Origin: a virus
Taxonomy: Duplodnaviria > Caudoviricetes
Direction: 5' to 3' (one strand)
Virus record (IMG/VR): IMGVR_UViG_3300020120_000058
Coordinates: 1 to 42,891 of that record
Length of the DNA stretch: 42,891 nt
Part shown: piece by piece, positions 16,813 through 24,671 of the stretch
Layout: each line of letters opens with the position of its first letter
How positions within the stretch are numbered: position 1 is the stretch's first letter
Program-made: the position numbers and the translations under genes
Notes under the pieces: generated by a model
Seen by the model: only the letters and a program-made list of their open reading frames with translations
The model's database searches: none
What the model was told of the DNA's origin: nothing

Positions 16813-17047
16813 ACCCCAGGACCTCCCTGGCCAGCTGCTCGCGGGCGACGGCGGCCACGTCGCCATCGTGCTCGGCGATGATCTGACCCAGGCGCTCCAG
16901 GGCCAGGTGCAGCATGTACGGCGGGGTGACCTCGCCCGACTCCCAGTACTGGACGATGCGGAAGGTGACCCCCAGCTGGGCGGCCAGGCGCCGCTGACTG
17001 ATGCCGTGGGCGGCGCGCCAGGCCTTGAGTTCGGCGGCCTTCATCAT
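16805..17047 (-). CDS. XRE-family HTH protein (80 aa)
   Basis: LKAWRAAHGISQRRLAAQLGVTFRIVQYWESG. Confidence 0.85.
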   Translation of the reverse strand: MMKAAELKAWRAAHGISQRRLAAQLGVTFRIVQYWESGEVTPPYMLHLALERLGQIIAEHDGDVAAVAREQLAREVLGYA

Positions 17048-17172
17048 GGCTTGCGCCGCCAGGCATTGATGGCCACGCCGGCGATGGCCAGACCGATGAT
17101 GACGACCATGAACAGCGAGGCGAACACGCTGTAAGCGCTGGAGTCCCAGCCGTTGCCGAGCAGCTGGTTCAC
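17044..17172 (-). CDS. Small membrane protein (42 aa)
   Basis: VFASLFMVVIIGLAIAGVAINAW followed by RRK; overlaps neighbours at both ends. Confidence 0.6.
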   Translation of the reverse strand: MNQLLGNGWDSSAYSVFASLFMVVIIGLAIAGVAINAWRRKP

Positions 17173-17501
17173 GGCTGGCCCTCGCAATCGCAGCCGTCGA
17201 TCGGGCAGCTGGTGTAGTTCGAGCCGGTCCAGTGCTGGTGGCCACACTCGGCGCACTCCAGCAGCTGCCAGTCCAGGGCCGTGGCCTCGCAGTCGGCGCA
17301 GAAGCCGCGACCGCTCAGCTGGCGCACAGGCACCTCCAGGTGTCCGCAATCCAGCCAGGCGGCGCAGCGGCGGGTGCCCTGGGCGGGCAGGGCGAAGGTG
17401 GCCGCGTGCGCCTCGCACATCGGGTAGAAGACCTCGCGGCCGAGGCGTTGGGTGGCCGTCTTGCCGCAGCTGGCGAAGCAGCAGGTGTAGGTGGTGGTCA
17501 T
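17169..17501 (-). CDS. Cys-rich multi-Zn-ribbon protein (110 aa)
   Basis: Several CxxC/CxxH pairs. Confidence 0.65.
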   Translation of the reverse strand: MTTTYTCCFASCGKTATQRLGREVFYPMCEAHAATFALPAQGTRRCAAWLDCGHLEVPVRQLSGRGFCADCEATALDWQLLECAECGHQHWTGSNYTSCPIDGCDCEGQP

Positions 17502-18322
17502 GAGGTGTGGACTCCCTTGCCGAAGATGGCGGCCTCGGTCTTACCCGAGCCGGTGTTGAGTCGATCGAGCCAGCTGACGACTTCGGCAGTGGCGAAGTCT
17601 GGCCCCTTCGGGTGGCGGCCGATGCAGGTGCCATCGGCGCTGTCGCAGCCCCACTCGGCGGCAATCGAGATGCGCTTGAACGAGTTCACGCGGCCCATGT
17701 GGACCCGCTTGCCCTTGGCCTTGGCCAGGTCGACCAGGCGGCGGGCGCCAGGCGTGAGCTTCCACTCGCCGACCCAGCGCTTCAGGCGTGGCGACCACAC
17801 CCGATTGGTCGGCGACAGGTACTTCTCGGCCTGGCCGCCGCCCAGGAACAGCACGTCGAAGGCCGACCAGGGGATCTTGGCCAGGTGCTGCTCCAGGCCA
17901 TCCTGGGCGACGAAGGCGGCCGGGTAACCGTAGTCACGGATGAGCGGCAGGAACGGCGCCGAGCGCTCGATGGTGGCTGCCCAGGGCGCGCGAGCGTCCA
18001 GGCCGGCAAGCTCGGCCTGCCAGGGGGCGATGACGTCGGGCGCCACGGCGAACAGCGCCTGGTTGGCGAGTGGCTGCCACTTGGCCATCAGCTTCTCGAA
18101 CTTGGGCTGCGAGAAGGGCTTGGCGCCCTGGCTGTTGAACTCGCCGAAGACGCCGTTGTCCAGGCCGAAGACGCCCAGCCCCTCGGGCGAGTTGCCCATG
18201 TACGGGCTGAACAGCACGCCGAAGTCGGGGCGCTTCGAGAGGGCTTCGGGACGGACGCAGCCGCTCAGGTAGGTGATGGCGGCCTCGGTCTTGCCCGAGC
18301 CGGTGCGCAGCGAGGCGGTCAC
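17498..18322 (-). CDS. TGT/DpdA-like TIM-barrel (guanine transglycosylase-fold) protein (274 aa)
   Basis: GLDNGVF, VAPDV, VAQDG, LFLGG, VHMGRVNS and DSADGT appear in TGT motif order; GTG start overlaps the upstream TGA. Confidence 0.65.
   Translation of the reverse strand: MTASLRTGSGKTEAAITYLSGCVRPEALSKRPDFGVLFSPYMGNSPEGLGVFGLDNGVFGEFNSQGAKPFSQPKFEKLMAKWQPLANQALFAVAPDVIAPWQAELAGLDARAPWAATIERSAPFLPLIRDYGYPAAFVAQDGLEQHLAKIPWSAFDVLFLGGGQAEKYLSPTNRVWSPRLKRWVGEWKLTPGARRLVDLAKAKGKRVHMGRVNSFKRISIAAEWGCDSADGTCIGRHPKGPDFATAEVVSWLDRLNTGSGKTEAAIFGKGVHTS
17525..17555. repeat. 31-bp direct repeat, copy A (encodes TGSGKTEAAI on the minus strand)
   Basis: gatggcggcctcggtcttAcccgagccggtg; 30/31 identical to 18275-18305. 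Confidence 0.95.
18275..18305. repeat. 31-bp direct repeat, copy B (encodes TGSGKTEAAI on the minus strand)
   Basis: gatggcggcctcggtcttGcccgagccggtg; exactly 750 bp from copy A. Confidence 0.95.
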
Positions 18323-18528
18323 AGGGCCGCCCCGCACAGGTTGCACAGGAAGGTCGGTCGCGCCTCGGTCGGGCGACTGACGTCGGTGTGGCGGCAGTCC
18401 TCGGCGAGCATGTCGCGGAGCGCCACCAGGGTGGTGATGGCCGCCTCGAAGGCGTTGGCGCCGTTGACGATCGGGCCGCTGCTGGTCATGTGGCGGATGG
18501 CCACGTCCAGCGCTGCGATCGAGTTCAT
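18319..18528 (-). CDS. Hypothetical protein (69 aa)
   Basis: MNSIAALD...CRH...CNLCG; ATGA overlap. Confidence 0.6.
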   Translation of the reverse strand: MNSIAALDVAIRHMTSSGPIVNGANAFEAAITTLVALRDMLAEDCRHTDVSRPTEARPTFLCNLCGAAL

Positions 18529-18665
18529 GAGCGGACCCCGAGCGCGGCCATGGCGGCCGCCTTGGTCGGGAAGCGCCCCGAGATCGGGGTGTGGTGCGGG
18601 CCGACGACGATGTACCAACCCCCGAGGAGGCGGTTGTAGACGATGCGGGTCGTAGAGCGGGCCAT
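18525..18665 (-). CDS. Small hypothetical protein (46 aa) immediately 3' of the ribozyme
   Basis: AAAGGAG RBS; MARSTTRIVYNRLLGGWYIVVGPHHTPISGRFPTKAAAMAALGVRS. Confidence 0.7.
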   Translation of the reverse strand: MARSTTRIVYNRLLGGWYIVVGPHHTPISGRFPTKAAAMAALGVRS

Positions 18666-18691
18666 GTGTGGAATGGCTCCTTTCGGGTGGT

Positions 18692-18753
18692 CTGATGGAC
18701 TCATCAGCAGGCTGCGCCTGGACGCCCCGGGCGGGGGCGTTTCGTCCTGTCAG
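18692..18753 (-). ncRNA. Hammerhead ribozyme, type II topology
   Basis: Minus strand reads GGAC GAAA CGCCCC cgccc GGGGCG UC^ CAGGC gca GCCUG CUGAUGA GUCC: full core and three paired stems. Confidence 0.92.
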
Positions 18754-19340
18754 TTGGCCGCGCCAGTGGCCCGTAGGAGGGCCGACTCGCCCAAGGTGAG
18801 CGCAATCTCGGCGGTGCGCTTGGCCTGCCTGGCCTCGGCGAGTTCCTTTTCGAGGCGTTCCACGGTCGCCGTGGCCGCTTGCAGGTTGCCCCGCAATCGG
18901 GCGAGTTCGGCCGATTCGAACAGGTCCGGGCGCGCCTCGACAATCTGGCGTCCGACTTCGGCCAGGATGGCGCGGATGTCGCGCCGCGCCGCGTCGGAGG
19001 CGTGCATTTCGCGGACGGTAGTCCACTCGGCCCGGTCGATATGCCCAGGGCTCAGCTGCCAGGTGCCGTCTGCCTGACGCTGGTACTCGGCGCGTACGTT
19101 GTAGGCCACGCCGCGCAAGTAGAAGCGTAGATCGTGGTGGCTGCCGGACCCGGACGGTGTGTACATGACCAGCGAATCGGCCCAGAAGGCCAGGGTGAGC
19201 GGGCCGCCCGTCTCCCCGATCGGTGGCCAGGACACCTGCGCTGTAGCGGTGATGGCCAGGCCGTGCTCGATGTCCGAGAGAGAAACCTGCAGATTCTTCG
19301 GCAGGCGGGCGGTTGTGCTGGGAGCAGTGTGGATGCTCAT
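18750..19340 (-). CDS. Hypothetical protein with C-terminal coiled coil (196 aa); first gene of the leftward operon
   Basis: AGGAG RBS; heptad-rich C-terminus. Confidence 0.7.
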   Translation of the reverse strand: MSIHTAPSTTARLPKNLQVSLSDIEHGLAITATAQVSWPPIGETGGPLTLAFWADSLVMYTPSGSGSHHDLRFYLRGVAYNVRAEYQRQADGTWQLSPGHIDRAEWTTVREMHASDAARRDIRAILAEVGRQIVEARPDLFESAELARLRGNLQAATATVERLEKELAEARQAKRTAEIALTLGESALLRATGAAN

Positions 19341-19475
19341 GGGGGTTCTCCTGTCCCGCCGTGGATATGGGTGCGGCGGGGAATCACAAGCTAACCCTTC
19401 TCAGGGAATGACGCAACCATTTCGTCTTGATCTCACGGCGAGATGCAGGTGAGACTGGCTGGCAGAGCGACAGCT

Positions 19476-19997
19476 ATGCCCGAAACGTCCGAAATACCGT
19501 ACGAAAGTACCGGGTCGGACGGTGCTACTGGCCTGGCAGTCCAGGTTGAGGTGATCGATCGGCGGCCTGAGCGGAGAGGCCGATCTCTCACAAAGCGGCA
19601 GTGTGCGCGGGTCAAACTCGCGTTCCTGGCCGCCTACTCCAAGTACGGGAACATGTCGAAGGCCGCGCGCATGGCCGACATCAGCCGGAACGCGATCTAC
19701 GACTGGCTGGAGACGGACCAGGAGTTCGCCCAGGCCTTCCGGACCGCCGAGGCAGCTGCTCTGGAGTACCTGGAAGCCGAAGCCTGGCGCCGAGCGGTGG
19801 AAGGCAGCCCGTACGAGCGGACCTCGTACTGGCACGGTGAACCGGTGGGCACCGATCGCAAGATCGAGTACTCCGATGCACTGATGACGTTGCTTCTCCG
19901 AGCACGTGCTCCGGAGAAGTACCGCGAGAAGCTGGACGTCAACGTCCAGCAGGTGGTCAAGACCGTGGTCGGTCTGGACCCCAGCGAAGTCCTGTAG
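19476..19997 (+). CDS. terS: Terminase small subunit
   Basis: AFLAAYSKYGNMSKAARMADISRNAIYDW HTH, LEAEAWRRAVEG and YSDALM..LL....PEKYRE; upstream of terL. Confidence 0.8.
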   Translation: MPETSEIPYESTGSDGATGLAVQVEVIDRRPERRGRSLTKRQCARVKLAFLAAYSKYGNMSKAARMADISRNAIYDWLETDQEFAQAFRTAEAAALEYLEAEAWRRAVEGSPYERTSYWHGEPVGTDRKIEYSDALMTLLLRARAPEKYREKLDVNVQQVVKTVVGLDPSEVL

Positions 19998-20259
19998 ACA
20001 CGCGGCGTAAGCACGTCGCCATCTCAGCGGACTCTCGCCCCACTCTCACACCCCTTGTCTCTACGTGGGTCCGAGCAGGCTGCCCAGGGCAGCGACGCGC
20101 TCCGTGCGGTCAAAGGATTCACGCGCGAGGGGACCGACGTGGGGGGTGGGGGTGGCACTGGGACGTGCCCCTGCCAAGACCCGGCCGCGAATCTTCTATC
20201 TAGCGCATTCCGGACACCCACACTCCGGCGTTTTCACTTCCAGATGAGACTAAATCTCA

Positions 20260-20460
20260 ATGCCTGACCAGAAGTGCATGCGCTGCCTGACGTACTTCCG
20301 GGGGTTCTTCTGTCCCCGCTGCGAATACCAGCACATCCCGAAGCGGACCCCCTGGCGACGGGCGTTCATGCCGGTCCGGTTGGGACGCGGCCAGAGGCTT
20401 GGCGACTCCGAGGTGCGCATCGTCCAGGAGGCGTACCGAGCTACGGACCCCTGTGAGTGA
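20260..20460 (+). CDS. Small Zn-ribbon protein (66 aa)
   Basis: CMRC...CPRC. Confidence 0.5.
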   Translation: MPDQKCMRCLTYFRGFFCPRCEYQHIPKRTPWRRAFMPVRLGRGQRLGDSEVRIVQEAYRATDPCE

Positions 20461-20549
20461 GACGGCGCGCGAGCCGGCTACGCCCAGCGTGTCAGCCCAA
20501 CGATCGTTTTGTATAGGTCCCGGCATACCTAAATGAACTCAGGAGACAC

Positions 20550-20747
20550 ATGAAACCCAGGTACGAGAAGCGCTGTAGCTGGTTCTGCGTGGACTCGAAG
20601 GGGGCACGCCGTGCCGGCAACCAGTGGGTGCATGTCTACGGCCGCACCCTGTGGGTGTGCGACAGCTGCGCCAGGCAGCTGTTCAAGAAGGACCGGGCGA
20701 GCGGTCCAGAAGTCCACACCTCCAGGACCACTCAACCCGGTAGCTGA
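20550..20747 (+). CDS. Small Zn-ribbon protein (65 aa)
   Basis: AGGAG RBS; CSWFC...CDSC. Confidence 0.55.
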   Translation: MKPRYEKRCSWFCVDSKGARRAGNQWVHVYGRTLWVCDSCARQLFKKDRASGPEVHTSRTTQPGS

Positions 20748-20750
20748 AGT

Positions 20751-22082
20751 ATGGCAGGAAAACTCCCGGCTCGGATTGAGTCGGGGGACTCCGCTCGCCC
20801 TGAAGAGTCTCCGTACCAGGCCTTCGGGAGCGCCAGGGAACTCTTCCGTACCAAGTCCAGGGAGGTCCTGCTGGCTGGACCGGCGGGCACCGGGAAGTCC
20901 AGGGCGTGCCTGGAGAAGCTCAACCTGATCGCCATGCAGCGGCCCATTCGGGCGGCCATCGTCAGGAAGACTCGCAAGTCGCTCACCCAGTCGGCCATGG
21001 CCACGTTCGAGAACAAGGTCCTGCCCCAGCCCAACAACGTCCAGTTCCACGATGGCGACCAGGAGTACCGCTATCCCTCCGGCGCCCGGATCATGGTCGC
21101 CGGCATGGACGACGCCGAAAAGATCGGCTCCACCGAGTTCGACGTGGTGTACGTCCAGGAGGCCACCGAGTTGGAGGAGGACGACTGGGGCATGCTGTTG
21201 CGCGGACTGCGGAACAACGTGCTCAGCTATCAGCAGCTGATGGCGGATTGCAACCCGAGTTCGCCCAGCCACTGGTTGAAGGTCCGCTGCGACGAGGGGC
21301 ACTGCACGCTGCTGGAGTCCAGCCACAAGGACAACCCCACGTTGTGGAATGCGCGCGATAAGTGCTGGACTCCACTTGGAGCGGACTACATCGCGGGGCT
21401 GGAGTCGTTATCCGGTTACCTCAAACAACGTTTGTTGTTGGGTATGTGGGTGGCCGCCGAGGGGATGTACTTCACCGAGTGGAATCCGTCGCTGCATTGC
21501 GTCGAGCCATTTGAAATTCCAGCCGAGTGGCCCCGGTGGTTGTCGGTGGATTACGGATTCGCCGCACCATTTTGTTGTTTGTGGTTCGCCAGGGAGCCGG
21601 AGTCCAGGCGCATTTACGTGTACAGGGAGGCGTACGCCAGCGGACTCCGCGACGAGCAGCAGGCGGATTTGATCGTGCAGCGCTCGGAGAGTGAGCCACT
21701 CCAGCTGAGAATTCTCGATCCGAGCATGTTCAATCCCAGGACCGAGCAGATGCGCCCCAGCATCGCGGCGGTGTATGCCATGCACGGGGTGGCGCCGGTG
21801 TATCCGGGTCAGAACTCCAGGAAGCAGGGCTGGGCCACCGTGCGGCGGGCCATGGCCACCGATAGTGGAATGCCCCGACTCCAGGTGTTCAAGGGCGCGT
21901 GTCCGAATCTCATTCGCACCATTCCGGCCATGGTGGTCGATCCACTCGACCCGGAGGATGTCGCCGATAAAGTCGGCTCCACCAAGACGGAGGACCATGC
22001 ACCGGATGCACTCCGCTACGGATTGTGTGCGGAGGCGCAACCTCCACGTCGAACGCAACCGGTGGAATTGAGGTTCGGATGA
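20751..22082 (+). CDS. terL: Terminase large subunit (PBSX/SPP1-like)
   Basis: Walker A GPAGTGKS, Walker B VYVQEATE, DCNP coupling motif, nuclease SVDYG and EDHAPDALRY. Confidence 0.93.
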   Translation: MAGKLPARIESGDSARPEESPYQAFGSARELFRTKSREVLLAGPAGTGKSRACLEKLNLIAMQRPIRAAIVRKTRKSLTQSAMATFENKVLPQPNNVQFHDGDQEYRYPSGARIMVAGMDDAEKIGSTEFDVVYVQEATELEEDDWGMLLRGLRNNVLSYQQLMADCNPSSPSHWLKVRCDEGHCTLLESSHKDNPTLWNARDKCWTPLGADYIAGLESLSGYLKQRLLLGMWVAAEGMYFTEWNPSLHCVEPFEIPAEWPRWLSVDYGFAAPFCCLWFAREPESRRIYVYREAYASGLRDEQQADLIVQRSESEPLQLRILDPSMFNPRTEQMRPSIAAVYAMHGVAPVYPGQNSRKQGWATVRRAMATDSGMPRLQVFKGACPNLIRTIPAMVVDPLDPEDVADKVGSTKTEDHAPDALRYGLCAEAQPPRRTQPVELRFG

Positions 22083-22192
22083 AATACGCCAGACGCAAGT
22101 GGTGGTATCCAGCCAGCTGGAGCTATAAGTGGTTTACGTGTGTCGGTTGCAAGAACTTCGAGGTCCACCCGACGTGGAGGCTGAATGCCTAG
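22079..22192 (+). CDS. Small Trp-rich peptide (37 aa)
   Basis: MKYARRKWWYPASWSYKWFTCVGCKNFEVHPTWRLNA bridges terL and portal, overlapping both. Confidence 0.4.
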   Translation: MKYARRKWWYPASWSYKWFTCVGCKNFEVHPTWRLNA

Positions 22193-24320
22193 TCTGACCA
22201 GGGATAAAGGCGCACCCTCGTTGCGGTGGGGCAAGTCCGCGTCCGACACGGACGTCGCCGAGCGGGTGACGTGCGAGCTTGCGCAACAGATGCAACGCGA
22301 CTTCCAGTACCGCAACCAGTTGTACAGAGATATCGACGCCACGGTGTTCCAGGAATTCTCAATAGAAATTCCGGAGGCGTACCGTGACACCGCCGTCGAG
22401 GTGCGGACTCCGCTGGCACTCCACATCGCCACTAGCATCACCGCTGCCCTGAGCGTCAATCCAGCCACCATCCAGTTCCGCCCGATCGGCTTCGGCGACG
22501 TCTACCAGCAGAACTCCACCTTGCGCGAGCGCTTCTTCGAGGCCAGCTGGCGGCGGCAGGAGCAGGAGGCCAAGCGCCAGCTGCGGCGGTTGTTCCTGTG
22601 GAGTCTGGCGATCAAGGGCGAGGGGATTTTGAAGACCGTCGAGCGGGCGAAGTCAGCCTGGGCCAGCTATCCGGAGGAGGCCCAGCGGCTGCAGGACCAG
22701 TACTCCCAGGACGGCCTCGACCAGCACGCCCAGGACATCGCCTACGACCGCTCCACCGAGGAGTACAAGCTCAAGCTGCCGTACCCGATCGCCAGCACCG
22801 ACGTGCCGCCCGAGACGTTCTATTACACCCAGAACGAAAACGGGTTCACCTCGTTCATGGAGATCAAGCAGCTGCCCTACGAGGACGCCCTGGCCCGCTT
22901 CGGCGCCAGCCTGGACGGCAACGGACGGGTGGTCGCGCCGGACCAGTACGACCCCAGGGCGGCCGGACTCCCCCGAGCGGAGTGGGACCGTGTGTTCCAC
23001 GGCACCGCCAGGACGCTCACCTGCATCGAGGCCTGGGACGCCAACGTCCAGGTCATTTTGCTCCAGGGTCCAGGCCAACAGGGCATCAGTTTGAGCAAGG
23101 ACGGCTCAGCCACGTTGTGCTCGGTGGTCCAGCATCCGTACGCCGAGCCGGGCCTGGGCACCCTGAAGGGGCCCTACTTCCACGCCCTGGGCATCACCAC
23201 GGCGAGCCGGCTGCCGGAGCACGCCGGACTGTCGGTGCTGTTCGGCTACCTGCCGCTGTTCAGGTTGCTGGACTCGATGCTGACCGTCCAGGGCAACGCC
23301 GCGTTCATGACCGGCATGCCGTCCTTCAAGCAGACCCAACCCCCGGGGGTGGTGCCGGGATTGGCCTCCGCACCCTACGGCACCGACGGCCGCGAGGAGG
23401 CGCCGCGCAAGATCGAGCCAGGCAAGCTGTACCCGTTCGACGTGGCGCCGATCGACCAGCCCCAGAGCGGCGCCGACTTCAACAAGCTGCTCGGCAACAT
23501 CCAGCAGATGATCGAGCTTGCCCTGCCCAGCAGCGTCCAGGGCATGGCCGCCGGGGATACCAGCGGCTACGCCCTCAACCAGGCGGCCTACCTGGCGCGG
23601 CTGGCCTGGGACCCGATCGTGTCGAACGCCGAGGAGGCCCTGGCGGCCAGGACCGGCTTTGAAAGCTGGCTGATCGAAAACAGGATCAACGAGAAGGTGT
23701 ACGCCTGGGGCGAGCAGGACCCCAAGCGGGGCATGAAACGCGGCGGCAACAGCAAGGCGACCTGGTTGGGCATCGGTCCGGACGACCTGGACGGGTGCCA
23801 CCAGTACACCATCACGCTGACTCCCAAGACGCCCAGCAACGAGATCATCGAAATCCGCGCCATCGGCGAAAAGATGCAGCTGAAGCTGATGACGTACGAG
23901 GACGCCGTCACCGACGCGGGGGCCAACCCGGACGAGGTGGAGCGCAGCTGGCTGCTGCACGACCTGAAGCAGTCGCCCGAAATGATGCAGAAGATGAAGG
24001 ACGAGGTCTTCCAGAAGCTGGGCACCATCCAGCAGCAGAAGATCGCCGCAAGCGGAGTGACGCCGCAGCAGCTGGCCGGCACTCCCGCCAACCAGGTCCA
24101 GGGTCCTCCGACCGGCGTCCCGGGGACCCCCGGTACTCCACCGTCCGGCCCGGCTGGCGGGATGCCACCCAATCCCGTTCCATCGCCCGGCGCCGGCCTC
24201 CCCCTGGCGCCGCCACCGCAACAGCCGGGTGGCGCCATGCCACCGGGCGGTTTGCCTGGCGCGCCGGGAGGGGTGCCAGGTCCACCCCAGAGCGCTCTGC
24301 CGCTGCCCGGAGGTCGCTAG
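22185..24320 (+). CDS. Portal protein (711 aa, Pro/Gly-rich tail)
   Basis: Follows terL; size and helical character fit; SGYALNQ and low-complexity C-terminus resemble podovirus-type portals. Confidence 0.8.
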   Translation: MPSLTRDKGAPSLRWGKSASDTDVAERVTCELAQQMQRDFQYRNQLYRDIDATVFQEFSIEIPEAYRDTAVEVRTPLALHIATSITAALSVNPATIQFRPIGFGDVYQQNSTLRERFFEASWRRQEQEAKRQLRRLFLWSLAIKGEGILKTVERAKSAWASYPEEAQRLQDQYSQDGLDQHAQDIAYDRSTEEYKLKLPYPIASTDVPPETFYYTQNENGFTSFMEIKQLPYEDALARFGASLDGNGRVVAPDQYDPRAAGLPRAEWDRVFHGTARTLTCIEAWDANVQVILLQGPGQQGISLSKDGSATLCSVVQHPYAEPGLGTLKGPYFHALGITTASRLPEHAGLSVLFGYLPLFRLLDSMLTVQGNAAFMTGMPSFKQTQPPGVVPGLASAPYGTDGREEAPRKIEPGKLYPFDVAPIDQPQSGADFNKLLGNIQQMIELALPSSVQGMAAGDTSGYALNQAAYLARLAWDPIVSNAEEALAARTGFESWLIENRINEKVYAWGEQDPKRGMKRGGNSKATWLGIGPDDLDGCHQYTITLTPKTPSNEIIEIRAIGEKMQLKLMTYEDAVTDAGANPDEVERSWLLHDLKQSPEMMQKMKDEVFQKLGTIQQQKIAASGVTPQQLAGTPANQVQGPPTGVPGTPGTPPSGPAGGMPPNPVPSPGAGLPLAPPPQQPGGAMPPGGLPGAPGGVPGPPQSALPLPGGR

Positions 24321-24671
24321 ATGCCACCCACCAACACGCTCGACCTGGTGGCCACCGACCTGGCGGTGTGGCTCGACCGGACCTCCTCGGAGATCGCCCT
24401 GGCCATGGCCCCGCAGGGCGTGGCGCCGTTCGCCGCGCCGCTCAGCGAGGAGCAGAAGCTGGAGTACTACCGCGACCAGCTGTTCAACCCGGACGGCACC
24501 CCCAACCTGCACGGTCGCACCGCGCAGCTAGCTCGCATGGGCCCCGAGATGTTCACCCAGGTCTACAAGGCCGTCATCAAGGCCTATCCCAGCCTGCGCG
24601 TGCCGAGTCCACCCGAACAGGCGTCCACGCCGCCGCCAGCCCCACCCCCGGTCGGAGGCCCTGAAGTCTGA
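24321..24671 (+). CDS. Hypothetical virion-associated protein (116 aa)
   Basis: GGAGG RBS; abuts the portal gene. Confidence 0.65.
   Translation: MPPTNTLDLVATDLAVWLDRTSSEIALAMAPQGVAPFAAPLSEEQKLEYYRDQLFNPDGTPNLHGRTAQLARMGPEMFTQVYKAVIKAYPSLRVPSPPEQASTPPPAPPPVGGPEV

Noticed and set aside
17525-18305. 31-bp repeats as a CRISPR mini-array, or the gene as a true helicase
   Set aside because: The repeats are 750 bp apart and not palindromic, and the protein has no Walker B or other helicase motifs.
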